Assembly (NCBI GenBank): GCA_037481815.1
Contig: JBBFKX010000001.1
Coordinates: 32,001 to 96,000, forward strand
Source: a candidate division WOR-3 bacterium
GTDB taxonomy: Bacteria > Hydrothermota > 32-111
DNA: 64,000 nt
Direction: 5' to 3'
Shown here piece by piece: positions 50,562 to 60,713 of this stretch; the stretch's first letter is position 1; each line of letters begins with the position of its first letter. The position numbers and the translations under genes were made by a program. The notes under the pieces were generated by a model. The model had not been told where the DNA came from, did no database searches, and saw nothing but the letters and a program-made list of their open reading frames with translations.

Positions 50562-51513
50562 TGAAAAGTTTTTGAGACATCTGAAAGAACAGATAACACT
50601 TTACAACCTTCCAGATTCAACTTATGAGAAGAGTTTGAAGTTTCTCGAAAAAGAGGATGTCGAGATTTTAGAGAGTGAAAAATTTTTTCGAAAAAGAGTA
50701 GAGAATTTCCCAGAATATCTTTTTGTTCTTGGAAACAAGGAAAATTTAAAAAAATTTAAAATCGGAATAGTTGGAACGAGAAAACCAGATAGTTATGGTA
50801 TCAAAGGAGTAAAGGATATCGTTGAAGGTTATAAAAACAAAGATGTTGTTACTGTTAGTGGCTTTGCGCAGGGAATAGATTCTCTCGTTCATAGAGAATC
50901 GATCCAGAAAGGTATAGGAACAGTTGCAGTTTTACCTTGTGGTTTTGGAATCAACTATCCTGTTTCAAACACAAAATTGAAAGATGAGATAAAAAAAAAT
51001 GGTCTTTTGATTTCCGAATATTCTCCTTTTATTAAGCCATACAAACACAACTTTATAAAAAGAAATTTTATCATTTCTGTGATCTCTGATATTCTGATAA
51101 TCATCCAGGGTGCTGTAAAAAGTGGAACACTTTCAACATTTCTCTTCTCTTTAAAGTTGAAAAAACAGATTTTTGCTTTACCTGGTGAAATCACAAACAA
51201 ATTATCATACGCTCCAAACTATGCAATCTTCAAAGGTGCCATTCCTTTATATTCTCTTGAGATTTTACCTGGTGTTTCAAAACAGAAAAAAATAGAAATT
51301 GAAACGATTCTTTCAGATGATGAAAAAAAGGTTGTTGAACTTATCAAAAAATATGGTAATCTTGAAAATATATTGAAAACAGAAGGATTTGAAAAATCGA
51401 GAATTTTATCTCTTCTGACTACACTTGAGATGAAAGGTATAATCAATAAAACTTTTAACAACAGGATCACTGTAACGGAGGATTTTGATGGAACGGATAA
51501 TACCACAGGTTGA
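50554..51513 (+). CDS. dprA: DNA-processing protein DprA (Smf)
   Basis: IVGTRK...YG, VSGFAQGIDS, ISEY, F.KRN.IIS, KSGTL.T, FALPG; C-terminal winged helix. Confidence 0.9.
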   Translation: MFDEKFLRHLKEQITLYNLPDSTYEKSLKFLEKEDVEILESEKFFRKRVENFPEYLFVLGNKENLKKFKIGIVGTRKPDSYGIKGVKDIVEGYKNKDVVTVSGFAQGIDSLVHRESIQKGIGTVAVLPCGFGINYPVSNTKLKDEIKKNGLLISEYSPFIKPYKHNFIKRNFIISVISDILIIIQGAVKSGTLSTFLFSLKLKKQIFALPGEITNKLSYAPNYAIFKGAIPLYSLEILPGVSKQKKIEIETILSDDEKKVVELIKKYGNLENILKTEGFEKSRILSLLTTLEMKGIINKTFNNRITVTEDFDGTDNTTG

Positions 51514-52042
51514 AGCGATACTTTTTTCGTCATCCGAACCTATAGATAGGGATGAACTTGCAAAAGTACTTGGAATCGAAAAAACATTGTTGTTGCAGGT
51601 TATAGAGTATCTTAAAGAAAAATACTCTTCAGAAGATTCAGGAATAATGATAATCGAAGTCGCCTCAGGTTATCAACTTGTTACAAAACCACAATATGCT
51701 GATATTCTTGAGAATTTTTTTGGAAACAAAAAAGCCCCGCGACTTTCAACACCAGCACTTGAAACACTTGCGATAATAGCATACAAACAACCGATAACGA
51801 AGCAGGAGGTTGAGGAGATTAGAGGGGTGAACTGTGATGGTGTTTTCAAAACACTTCTTGATAGAGAACTGATAGTCAAAAGGGGAAATGCTGATCTGCC
51901 GGGTAAACCATCCCTTTACCATACAACAAAAAAATTTCTTTCATATTTCAAAATTTCAAGTTTGAAAGAACTGCCATCCCTTGAAGAGATCACAACTGAA
52001 CAGCCAAAACAGGAGGAACTCTTTGAAGATAAGGATCAATAA
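51488..52042 (+). CDS. scpB: SMC-Scp complex subunit ScpB
   Basis: EAILF.S.EP, VASGYQL.TK, LS.PALETLAIIAYKQPIT..E...IRGV, PG.P.LY.TT..FL..F. Confidence 0.95.
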   Translation: MERIIPQVEAILFSSSEPIDRDELAKVLGIEKTLLLQVIEYLKEKYSSEDSGIMIIEVASGYQLVTKPQYADILENFFGNKKAPRLSTPALETLAIIAYKQPITKQEVEEIRGVNCDGVFKTLLDRELIVKRGNADLPGKPSLYHTTKKFLSYFKISSLKELPSLEEITTEQPKQEELFEDKDQ

Positions 52043-52730
52043 ATTTATTTCCTCGATAACAGGTATTTCAAGACGAGAGGTTGATCAGTTGATCAAGGAA
52101 GCAAGAGTTGCGGTTAATGGAAAACTTGCAAAACTTGGAGAGATGGTCGATGAAAACGATGAAATCGAAATAGATGGGATGCGGTTGAAGCAAAAGAAAA
52201 AAGATTTTACCTATATTCTTCTCTATAAACCAAAATACTACATAACTTCAAGGAGTGATGAAAAGGGAAGGCCAACTGTAATGGATATTTTACCTGAGAA
52301 ATTTCAAAGGTTAAGACCAGCAGGCCGACTCGATTTTGATACTGAGGGAGCGCTCATTTTGACGGATGATGGTGATTTTATAAATTATTTAACACATCCA
52401 AAGAATCAGGTTGTTAAAGTTTATCGTGCACTTATTTTTGGAAATTTGAGTGAAAATGAGATCAACAGGTTGAAAAAAGGATTGAGTGTGGATGATAGAT
52501 TTTTAAAACTTGATAATGTAAAAACTGTTTACTATGACCAATCAAAGGATAAATCGGAAATCGAGATAATTTTAACACATGGTAAAAATCATGAGATTAA
52601 AGATATACTCAAAGCACTTGGTCATCCTGTTATAGTTTTGAAAAGATTATCAGTTGGAAACCTGTCAATAAAAGGTTTGAAACCAGGAGAATATAAATTT
52701 TTTGATAAAAACAATTTTAAAAATGTTTAA
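52023..52730 (+). CDS. rluB: rRNA pseudouridine synthase, RsuA/RluB family
   Basis: S4 domain (SRRE.D.LI), KPKYYITS, GRLDFDTEG.LILTDDG; TTG start after AGGAGG; follows scpB. Confidence 0.85.
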   Translation: MKIRINKFISSITGISRREVDQLIKEARVAVNGKLAKLGEMVDENDEIEIDGMRLKQKKKDFTYILLYKPKYYITSRSDEKGRPTVMDILPEKFQRLRPAGRLDFDTEGALILTDDGDFINYLTHPKNQVVKVYRALIFGNLSENEINRLKKGLSVDDRFLKLDNVKTVYYDQSKDKSEIEIILTHGKNHEIKDILKALGHPVIVLKRLSVGNLSIKGLKPGEYKFFDKNNFKNV

Positions 52731-54672
52731 AAATTTTTTTATCGCTTTTTTAATCATATTTTCTTTCTTTTTGATTTTTTCTTCACCACAGATAGATTTT
52801 TTAAAGGATCCAGAAGGAAAAGATCTGTCAAACAATGGACAGGTGATAAAAAACAACCTAAAACATTTTCAGTTCAAGTTCGTTTCACAGGAAGACACGG
52901 CATACTATGTTCTCTGGGGAAAAGGTGAAGATACAGTTCTTGTTTTACCTGATTCTTTGAAAATTTTTAGAATAGATATAAACCCTTCAAGTTTAGAAAC
53001 AGGCAATTACCATCTTGAAATTTTAAACAAAAACAAAGAAAAAAAACTTGATTTCTATTTTAAAGTTGAGCAATCGTTTTCAATCTTTGAAACGGTTTTA
53101 AAACTCCTCTTCGGTCTTGTCCTGTTCATGCTCGGTTTGAAATTCTCATCAAAAGGCATTTCAAGGATTTCAGGATATAGATTGAAAGAGATACTCTGGA
53201 ACCTTTCTGGCTCTAATGTAAAAGGTTTTCTTTCAGGACTCATCCTTACTCTGATGATGCAATCATCAACACTCTTTTCGATAATGGTTTTATCTTTTGT
53301 TTCCGATGGGCTTCTGTCGATAGCAGGTTCAGTTTATATGTTTGCGGGATCAGCGATAGGGACTTCAATAATCGTTCAGATAATTTCTTTCAACATTTCT
53401 TTCTTCTCTTTTCTGATGATAATTTTTGGATTCTATCTTAACGATAAATACAAAAAGTTTAAATATGTTGGTCTTGTGATAATGGGTTTCGGGTTTATAT
53501 TCTTTTCGATCCAGTATATGGCAAATGTTATCACACCGATAAAGAATACTCAGATGTTTATAAACTTTTTAATTTTAATCGAGAACAATCTCTGGCTTCT
53601 CTTCATAGTTTTTGCGATTTTAACCTTTCTTGTCCATTCGTCAGCGGTCACAGTTGCTTTTGCGATTAGTTTGTTCACAACAGGTGTTATAACTTTTAAA
53701 TCAGCGGTTGTGATGGTCAGTGCAGCAAATCTTGGAACATCTTTTACAGCTTTTTTTGCTGCTTTAAAAGGTGGAAGTAAAGCGAAATATTTAAACTATA
53801 TCAATATAAGTTCAAGGGTTGTCACATCAATTCTTTTTATTCTGATAATGTTCAAATTTGAAAATATTTCCGGATATGTTTTAAAAAGTGGTCGAGATAT
53901 AGCAAACTTCCATCTCTATTACAACATCCTGTTCTCTTTGATAATTATAGTGATGCTCCCTCTTATTAACTATTTCTCAAAATTTTTGAAGCTCGAACGA
54001 CTTTCAAAAGATGGTGAAAAGATGCTGAAAGAGAGTATTGTCCAGAATCCAACTGTTGCACTCGGAAAAGCGCAGAGGGAAATTATCAAGATGTTTGAAA
54101 CTGTTGGAAGGATGCTTGAAAACAGTTTTTACATTTTGAAAACCAACGACTCAAACAGGTTGGCTGAAACCATAGAACTTGATAATATCGTTGATGACTA
54201 TGAAAAAGAGATCTCACTCTTTTTGGTTTCAATATATGAAGAAGAGGTCTCAGAAGTTGTTACAAGGAAAACAAAAGATTTACTGTTCATAGTAGATGAA
54301 CTTGAACATATAGGTGATGTTATAAGTAAAAACCTTATGATATCGTTGAAAAAGAAGATAAATGAAAACTATTATTTTTCAGATGAAGGTATTGATGAGA
54401 TAAAGAATTTTTATAATGAAATTTTGAAAACATACTCTCTAACTCTTGAGGCGTTCACTCTATATGATAAGAATTTAGCATCACAGGTATTACAGAGAAG
54501 AGAGTCAGTTTTGAATAAACTTTCTGAACTCCAGAATAAACATCTAAACAGATTAAAGGAAGGGCATAAAGAGTCGATCGAAACATCAACGCTTCACCTC
54601 GATATATTAAACGATTATGAAAGGATCAATTTTCATCTTTACAAAATCGCTTACAACATTTCAAAAGAATGA
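52723..54672 (+). CDS. Na+/Pi cotransporter family protein with PhoU domains and an N-terminal exported extension
   Basis: MQSS and VHSSA repeats, ANLGTS, IANFH..YN; PhoU-like ELEHIGD and DYERI. Confidence 0.88.
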   Translation: MFKNFFIAFLIIFSFFLIFSSPQIDFLKDPEGKDLSNNGQVIKNNLKHFQFKFVSQEDTAYYVLWGKGEDTVLVLPDSLKIFRIDINPSSLETGNYHLEILNKNKEKKLDFYFKVEQSFSIFETVLKLLFGLVLFMLGLKFSSKGISRISGYRLKEILWNLSGSNVKGFLSGLILTLMMQSSTLFSIMVLSFVSDGLLSIAGSVYMFAGSAIGTSIIVQIISFNISFFSFLMIIFGFYLNDKYKKFKYVGLVIMGFGFIFFSIQYMANVITPIKNTQMFINFLILIENNLWLLFIVFAILTFLVHSSAVTVAFAISLFTTGVITFKSAVVMVSAANLGTSFTAFFAALKGGSKAKYLNYINISSRVVTSILFILIMFKFENISGYVLKSGRDIANFHLYYNILFSLIIIVMLPLINYFSKFLKLERLSKDGEKMLKESIVQNPTVALGKAQREIIKMFETVGRMLENSFYILKTNDSNRLAETIELDNIVDDYEKEISLFLVSIYEEEVSEVVTRKTKDLLFIVDELEHIGDVISKNLMISLKKKINENYYFSDEGIDEIKNFYNEILKTYSLTLEAFTLYDKNLASQVLQRRESVLNKLSELQNKHLNRLKEGHKESIETSTLHLDILNDYERINFHLYKIAYNISKE

Positions 54673-54683
54673 TAGGAGGATTT

Positions 54684-55139
54684 ATGATAGATGGTGTTTT
54701 CATAAAAGATTTAAAATACAACTGTGATGAGAGGGGACGGGTTATGGAGATTTTAAGGATAGATGATCCTTTCTTCACAAAATTTGGACAGGTCTATATG
54801 ACCACAAACTATCCTGGTGTTGTGAAAGCATGGCACTGCCATCAGAAGCAGATCGACTTTGTGTGCTGTGTTAAAGGGATGATCAAACTCGTGCTTTACG
54901 ATATGAGAGAAAATTCAAAAACATACAAAGAGTTGATGGAAATTTTTATCGGAGATTTTTCTCCAAAACTTGTTGTGATACCTCAGGGTGTTTACCATGG
55001 CTGGAAAAATATCGGAGAGTTTGAAAGCATCGTTGTTTCAACCATCAGTGAGCCATACAACAGAGAGAATCCTGATGAGTTGAGGTTACCTTATAATACT
55101 GACAAAATCCCGTACAACTGGGAAATAGTTTTCAAATAA
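54684..55139 (+). CDS. dTDP-4-dehydrorhamnose 3,5-epimerase family (RmlC-like cupin)
   Basis: DERG, GVVKAWH.H..Q.D, LYD.RENS.TY, IP.GVYHG; ATG 54684 after AGGAGG. Confidence 0.85.
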   Translation: MIDGVFIKDLKYNCDERGRVMEILRIDDPFFTKFGQVYMTTNYPGVVKAWHCHQKQIDFVCCVKGMIKLVLYDMRENSKTYKELMEIFIGDFSPKLVVIPQGVYHGWKNIGEFESIVVSTISEPYNRENPDELRLPYNTDKIPYNWEIVFK

Positions 55140-55147
55140 GGAGTATT

Positions 55148-56437
55148 ATGAAAATATCAGTTATTGGAACAGGTTATGTCGGACTTGTAACAGGAGTTGT
55201 CTTTGCACATCTTGGGCATAATGTTATATGTATGGATAAAAATGAGGAGAAGATTGAAAAGTTGAAAAAGGGAGTTATGCCTATCTATGAACCCGGGCTC
55301 GAAGAGATCGCAAACAAAAGTTATAAAGAGGGGAGATTGCATTATACCACTTCGATAAAAGAGGCAGTTGAAAAATCTGATATCATTTTTATAGCAGTTG
55401 ATACGATGCCTAAAAAGAACTGGCAGACAGATCTATCGAGTGTGAAAAAGGTTGCTGAGGATATCGGGAAGTATATGAACGGATACAAGATTATTGTTAA
55501 CAAATCAACTGTTCCTGTTGGAACAGGTGATCTTGTTGGAAAGATCATAAGAAAAAATTTAAAAAAAGATTACAAATTTGATATTGTTTCAAATCCCGAA
55601 TTTTTAAGAGAGGGACAGGCGATATACGATACTTTGCATCCTGATAGAATAATAATTGGAAGTGAATCGGTTGAGGCAGCGATGAAGGTTGTTGAACTCT
55701 ATCAGGAGATGAACAGTGTGATCAAAATAACGAAATTGAAAAGTGCAGAACTGATAAAGTATGCTTCAAACTCCTTTTTAGGAATGAAAATATCTTTCAT
55801 CAACTCGATCGCAGATTTAGCAGAAATAACGGGATCAGATGTGACCGAAATTGCTGAAGGCATGGGACTTGATAAAAGGATCGGAAGAGAGTTTTTAAAT
55901 GCAGGTATCGGTTATGGTGGATCATGTTTCCCAAAAGATATTGGTTCTTTGATATACACAGCAAAAAGTTTGGGTTATGATTTTGGTATTTTAAAAGAGG
56001 TCAAAAAGGTTAATGACAACAGAGTCAAAAGGTTTGTTGAGAAGATCAAAAAACATACAAATCTTTCGAACAAAAAAGTTGCGATTCTTGGACTTTCGTT
56101 CAAACCGAACACAGATGACATCAGGGAAGCACCATCTTTGAAACTTATAAACCTTCTGTTGAAGCAGAAAGCCAAAATCAAGGTCTTTGATCCTGTTGCT
56201 ATGGAAAATGTTAAAAAGGTTTTGAAAAATAGAGTTGAATATTCAACCAGTTTGTATAAGTGTGTTGAGGGAGTTGATCTGGTTGTTCTTGTAACAGAAT
56301 GGGATATTTTTAAAAATGCTGATATGAAAAAGATCAAAGATCTTATGAATGGAGATCTTTTCTTCGATGGAAGGAATGTTTACGACCCTGAGATAATGAA
56401 GTCGTTAGGGTTTAGATACTTCTCCGTTGGAAGGTAG
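55148..56437 (+). CDS. ugd: UDP-glucose/GDP-mannose 6-dehydrogenase
   Basis: IGTGYVGL, PIYEPGL, KSTVPVGT, SNPEFLREG, AELIKYASN, GYGGSCFPKD, FKPNTDD.RE, DGRN. Confidence 0.93.
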   Translation: MKISVIGTGYVGLVTGVVFAHLGHNVICMDKNEEKIEKLKKGVMPIYEPGLEEIANKSYKEGRLHYTTSIKEAVEKSDIIFIAVDTMPKKNWQTDLSSVKKVAEDIGKYMNGYKIIVNKSTVPVGTGDLVGKIIRKNLKKDYKFDIVSNPEFLREGQAIYDTLHPDRIIIGSESVEAAMKVVELYQEMNSVIKITKLKSAELIKYASNSFLGMKISFINSIADLAEITGSDVTEIAEGMGLDKRIGREFLNAGIGYGGSCFPKDIGSLIYTAKSLGYDFGILKEVKKVNDNRVKRFVEKIKKHTNLSNKKVAILGLSFKPNTDDIREAPSLKLINLLLKQKAKIKVFDPVAMENVKKVLKNRVEYSTSLYKCVEGVDLVVLVTEWDIFKNADMKKIKDLMNGDLFFDGRNVYDPEIMKSLGFRYFSVGR

Positions 56438-57112
56438 ATTAGTATTTTTGAACAGGAAGGGATTAAAGTTGGTTTTACGATCAAACCAATCGATACCTTC
56501 AATCTTTTTCAGATGATTTACTATTATATAAGTTAGAGGTGTAAAAAATATTTCAACAAGTGTTTTGAAGATATAGTTAGATATTGCTATCGCAAGAAGA
56601 ACCCTTCCCCTGTACAGCCCATAGAATGCTATTAAAACAAAGAAAACTGTATCTAAAAACTCACCAACAACTGTTGAAGAGATAGTCCTTAAAAATAAAA
56701 ATCTTCCATTTGTAAAAACTTTCATCTTCGCAAGAATGAAAGAGTTTGAAAAGTTTCCAATAAGGTATCCTATCAAACTCGCAAGCACTATCCTTGGTGT
56801 GATTCCAAGAATGATATCATAATAATCCTGAAACTGCCATTCAGGTGATGGTGGAACTTTCCCAACGATGTAAATGTTTATACTCATAAGGAGTGCTGAA
56901 ATAAATCCGATCCAGATCACCCTTCGTGCCGACGAATATCCATAAACTTCTGTTAAAATATCTCCAAAGATGTATGATAGTGGAAACAGAAATGTTCCAC
57001 CATCAAAAGTGAATTTATAGAATGAAACGAGTTTTGTCGAAACGATGTTTGAAACGAGTAAAACGGAAATGAAAAGACCAGATACAATATCAATTGTTTT
57101 CCAGTTTTTCAT
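56405..57112 (-). CDS. Queuosine precursor transporter (YhhQ/VUT family)
   Basis: SNI...K, FP.SYI.GDILTEVYG...ARR, PRI..ASL..Y, RTI.ST.VG...DT; overlaps the ugd 3' end convergently by 33 bp. Confidence 0.9.
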   Translation of the reverse strand: MKNWKTIDIVSGLFISVLLVSNIVSTKLVSFYKFTFDGGTFLFPLSYIFGDILTEVYGYSSARRVIWIGFISALLMSINIYIVGKVPPSPEWQFQDYYDIILGITPRIVLASLIGYLIGNFSNSFILAKMKVFTNGRFLFLRTISSTVVGEFLDTVFFVLIAFYGLYRGRVLLAIAISNYIFKTLVEIFFTPLTYIIVNHLKKIEGIDWFDRKTNFNPFLFKNTNLPSNGEVSKP

Positions 57113-57571
57113 TCTCAACCATCTCCTTTATTTTTTTTGCAAATTCAGTAGCATCATGAAAATCATCAATATTTGGTCTTCCTCTGTTCAATCCACCAAA
57201 AAGTTTAAATATACCTCTATCATATTCTCCATAGGTCTGAAATTTACCTAAATATTTGACACCTTTACTTTTAAGTTTGAATTCGAGTTCATCAAGATAA
57301 CAGTCCTGATTTTTTCTACTCGTGCAGAATATAAAAAAGTATTTATCTTTACACAACTCTCATCAAGTTTATCAACAAGTTCTAAAACTGACCTGTGCGG
57401 TTTTCCGTTATAGATACCAGATCCAAGACCGATAAGATCATAATTTTTCAAATTCTTTACATTAAAATCTTTAGATCTTGCAATATCGCTGTGCAACTCT
57501 CTACCTATAACATGAGCTATTTTACTTGTATTCCCACGATGGTATGAAAAATATATAATTATACTGTTCAT
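57090..57571 (-). pseudogene. Flavodoxin family protein split by a frameshift near 57340-57356
   Basis: The 5' half has YFSYHRGNT.KIA and YDLIGLGSGIY. The 3' half, in another frame, has FIFCTS and FKLFGGLNRGRPN..D...A..FA. Together they form one flavodoxin. Confidence 0.8.
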
Positions 57572-57653
57572 AATCTTTTTATAACATATAATCAAAAAAT
57601 GTCAAATGTTTTCTATTGACATTTTTGTAAAAGAATATATTTTTGTATAACTT

Positions 57654-59030
57654 ATGGAAAAGTATTTTAAAGATCCTGTCATAAAGAAAACCGTAAAGAT
57701 TTCCTACCTTGATGGAAGTTTTGCCCAGATTTTTTCAACTCTCGCTTCACCTGGAAGTGTGTTCGTTACAAAATTCTTAGTGTTTTTGAACGCTACACCT
57801 TTACATTTCGGTTTATACTCTTCGATAGGACAGATTTCTCAGATATTCCAGATCGTTGGAGTTATCTTAACAAAAGAGTTGAAAACTCGTAAAAAACTTG
57901 TTGTTGATTTTGCTTTCTGGGGAAGATTCCTCACGATTCTTTTTGGTTTTATTCCCTTTATTTTTTTGAAACAGGAAGCGATATACATCTTTTTAACTAT
58001 ATTTTTGATAAGTAACATTTTACAGACGATAAGTGCGAATATGTGGATCGCCTGGATTTCAGATATGATTCCTATAGATATCAGGGGAAGATTTTTTTCA
58101 AGAAGATCGCAGATTTTGATGGTTGTTGGACTTCTCACAGGTTATATTTTCTCAATTCTTTTTGATTTTCTGACGAAAAATGATGCAAAAATTTTAAAAA
58201 GTTTTTCTATATTCAAAGAACATAATGTTTCTTATGTTTTTCTTTTTATTTTTCTTGTTGCAACTGTTATGGGAATCATCGGAGTAAAAATTTTAAACAA
58301 CCAGCCCGAAAAGGAAAAAGAGATAGAAAAAGAGAGTATCAAAGAGTTTTTGACTTCACCTTTTAAGGATAAAAATTTTATCAGATTTCTTATTTACAAT
58401 GTTTGGTGGATGCTTGCTGTTGGAGTTGGTGCTCCTTTCTGGCAACCGTTTATGTTGAAAAATTTGAAGATGACACTTTTTGAGGTTCAGATATATGGAA
58501 CGATCAGCACGATTTCCGCTTTATATTTTTTAAGACCCTGGGGAGTTTTTATAGATAAATTTGGAAATAGAACTGCAATGAGGTTTGCTCTGATCCTTGG
58601 TGCTTTAAACCCATTGATCTGGGTTTTTGCAACAGAACAGACGAAATGGATAATCTATTTTGAAGCGTTCACCTCAGGTATGATGTGGTCAGGTGCAAAC
58701 ATCGTTGCAACAAATTTTGTTTTATCAATAGCACCTGACAATAAACGACAGATTTACACAGCGATACAGGGCACTATCTCAGGGCTTGCGATGATGTTTT
58801 CGATGATGATTTCAAGTATTCTTATTCCAAAACCATTAGCAATTTTTCATTTAAATTTATCTGGTGAACAGGTGCTATTTGCTTTAACAGGTATTTTGAG
58901 ATTAACAGCAGAGATTCCATTAACACTTGTCAGAGAAAAAAGAGGAAAACCCGCAAAATATGTTTTGCAATACATACATCAAACGATAAAAGGACGGATT
59001 GAGAGTTTGATTTCACCTGACAAAAAATAA
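57654..59030 (+). CDS. MFS transporter
   Basis: About 12 TM helices; WISDMIP...RGRFF..R and WG...DKFGNR motifs. Confidence 0.85.
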   Translation: MEKYFKDPVIKKTVKISYLDGSFAQIFSTLASPGSVFVTKFLVFLNATPLHFGLYSSIGQISQIFQIVGVILTKELKTRKKLVVDFAFWGRFLTILFGFIPFIFLKQEAIYIFLTIFLISNILQTISANMWIAWISDMIPIDIRGRFFSRRSQILMVVGLLTGYIFSILFDFLTKNDAKILKSFSIFKEHNVSYVFLFIFLVATVMGIIGVKILNNQPEKEKEIEKESIKEFLTSPFKDKNFIRFLIYNVWWMLAVGVGAPFWQPFMLKNLKMTLFEVQIYGTISTISALYFLRPWGVFIDKFGNRTAMRFALILGALNPLIWVFATEQTKWIIYFEAFTSGMMWSGANIVATNFVLSIAPDNKRQIYTAIQGTISGLAMMFSMMISSILIPKPLAIFHLNLSGEQVLFALTGILRLTAEIPLTLVREKRGKPAKYVLQYIHQTIKGRIESLISPDKK

Positions 59031-59082
59031 TTGAATTAAAATTTTTCTTATATATAATATAAGGTCTACAAAAGGAGGATTG

Positions 59083-60480
59083 ATGAAAAAAGTTGATATA
59101 AAGGATAAAGAATTTAAATGGATCGATTTAAAATTTACAGATCTTATCGGTAATTTCCACCATTTAACACTTCCAGCAAAAAATTATAATGAAATAAAGG
59201 AAAATGGTGTTGGTTTTGATTCATCGAGTTGCCCCGGATTTAAAAGTGTTGAAGGTGGAGATATGGTTTTGATGATCGATGAGGAAACAGGTTTTGAAGA
59301 CCCATTTTTTGAAGAACCAACGATTTCCTATTTTTGTTTTATAAAAGAGGCAGATACAAGAAAGGATTACTCAAGGGATCCAAGAACTGTTGCTTTGAAA
59401 GCACAGGAGTATCTTAAAAAGCAAAAGATTGCAACAGATGTTCTTTTTGGGCCTGAGTTTGAGTTTTATATTTTTGATAGAGTTGTTGTGAACAACAAAG
59501 AGAATCTTGCTGAATATAAAATTGAATCTTATGAAGGCAAGTTTGGATTTGATGAGTCGAATGTGAACGAGAGTGGTGAATTTTTGATGAAAAAATCAGG
59601 GTATCATTCGATCCCGCCAAAAGATAAGTTCACAGATATCAGAAGTAAAATCTCAAAAGTGATAATCGATTATGGAATCGACCTTATATACCATCACCAC
59701 GAGGTTGGTTCAGGTCAGAATGAAATTGAGATAAAAAGGTATCCACTTTTAAAAACAGGTGATAATGTTCAGATCATAAAATATTTCATAAAAAATCTTT
59801 GCTATCAGAACAACCTTTCGGCAACATTTATGCCGAAACCACTTTATGGAATGCCAGGCAACGGAATGCACTTCCATCAGCATCTTTTCAATGGAAACAA
59901 AAATCTTTTCTTCGGTAACGGTTATGGTGGACTCTCTGAAATCGGAGAGTACTATGTAGCAGGTCTTTTGAAACATGGTAAATCACTTCTTGCTTTCACA
60001 AACCCATCAACGAACTCATACAAACGACTTGTGAAAGGATTTGAAGCACCTGTAAAACTATTTTATTCACTTGCAAACAGATCAGCGGCGATAAGGATTC
60101 CAAAGTATGCGACGAGTGAAACTGAAAAGAGGATCGAGTTCAGACCACCAGATGGAACATGTAACTCATACCTTGCAACAGCAGCGATGCTCATGGCTGG
60201 TATAGATGGAATCAAAAATAAGATTTCACTCAAAGATAACAATTTTGGTCCCTATGAAGAGGATCTTGAAAAGATGGACAAAAAGGTTGTTGAAAAGATT
60301 GACTCATGCCCGACAAATCTTCTTGAAGCACTCGAAGAACTCAAAAAGGATCACGACTATCTACTTGCTGGTGGTGTTTTCACAGAGGATCTAATAAACG
60401 GCTATATTGAATACAAAGAGAAAGAAGCACTTGAAATGGAAAAAAGACCACATCCTTTTGAGTTTGAACTATATTTTTGA
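59083..60480 (+). CDS. glnA: Glutamine synthetase type I
   Basis: DLKFTDL.G, GFD.SS, GPEFEFY, HHHEV, ATFMPKP..G..GNGMH.H, NSYKRLV.GFEAP, NRSAAIRIP, RIEFR.PD, HPFEF.LY. Confidence 0.97.
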   Translation: MKKVDIKDKEFKWIDLKFTDLIGNFHHLTLPAKNYNEIKENGVGFDSSSCPGFKSVEGGDMVLMIDEETGFEDPFFEEPTISYFCFIKEADTRKDYSRDPRTVALKAQEYLKKQKIATDVLFGPEFEFYIFDRVVVNNKENLAEYKIESYEGKFGFDESNVNESGEFLMKKSGYHSIPPKDKFTDIRSKISKVIIDYGIDLIYHHHEVGSGQNEIEIKRYPLLKTGDNVQIIKYFIKNLCYQNNLSATFMPKPLYGMPGNGMHFHQHLFNGNKNLFFGNGYGGLSEIGEYYVAGLLKHGKSLLAFTNPSTNSYKRLVKGFEAPVKLFYSLANRSAAIRIPKYATSETEKRIEFRPPDGTCNSYLATAAMLMAGIDGIKNKISLKDNNFGPYEEDLEKMDKKVVEKIDSCPTNLLEALEELKKDHDYLLAGGVFTEDLINGYIEYKEKEALEMEKRPHPFEFELYF

Positions 60481-60508
60481 TTGACAAAAGTTTTATTCTT
60501 TATATACT
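60481..60508 (+). promoter_or_regulatory. sigma70 promoter of tRNA-Ser
   Basis: TTGACA (60481-60486)-16 bp-TATACT (60503-60508). Confidence 0.7.
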
Positions 60509-60520
60509 AAATTTTTTCAC

Positions 60521-60610
60521 GGAGAGGTGGCCGAGTGGTCGAAGGCGGCGGATTGCTAATCCGTTGTAGTGGGAATACCGCTACCCCGGGTTCAAATCCC
60601 GGCCTCTCCG
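60521..60610 (+). tRNA. tRNA-Ser(GCT); CCA not encoded
   Basis: GGAGAGG/CCTCTCC acceptor stem with G discriminator, anticodon arm GCGGA-TTGCTAA-TCCGT, long variable arm, T-arm GGTTCAAATCC. Confidence 0.93.
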
Positions 60611-60713
60611 TTTAATTTTTATCCCCCAATCTTTCTCTATCATAAAATTCATTTTTTTGTTGAAATTTAAAAATTTTTTAGGTAATATATTAAAAATAAA
60701 ATTAGGAGGGTTA

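Noticed and set aside
56405..56437. Convergent 33-bp overlap of ugd and the queuosine transporter as antisense regulation
   Set aside because: Short 3' overlaps are common in this compact genome (also at 36087-36090); there is no further evidence.
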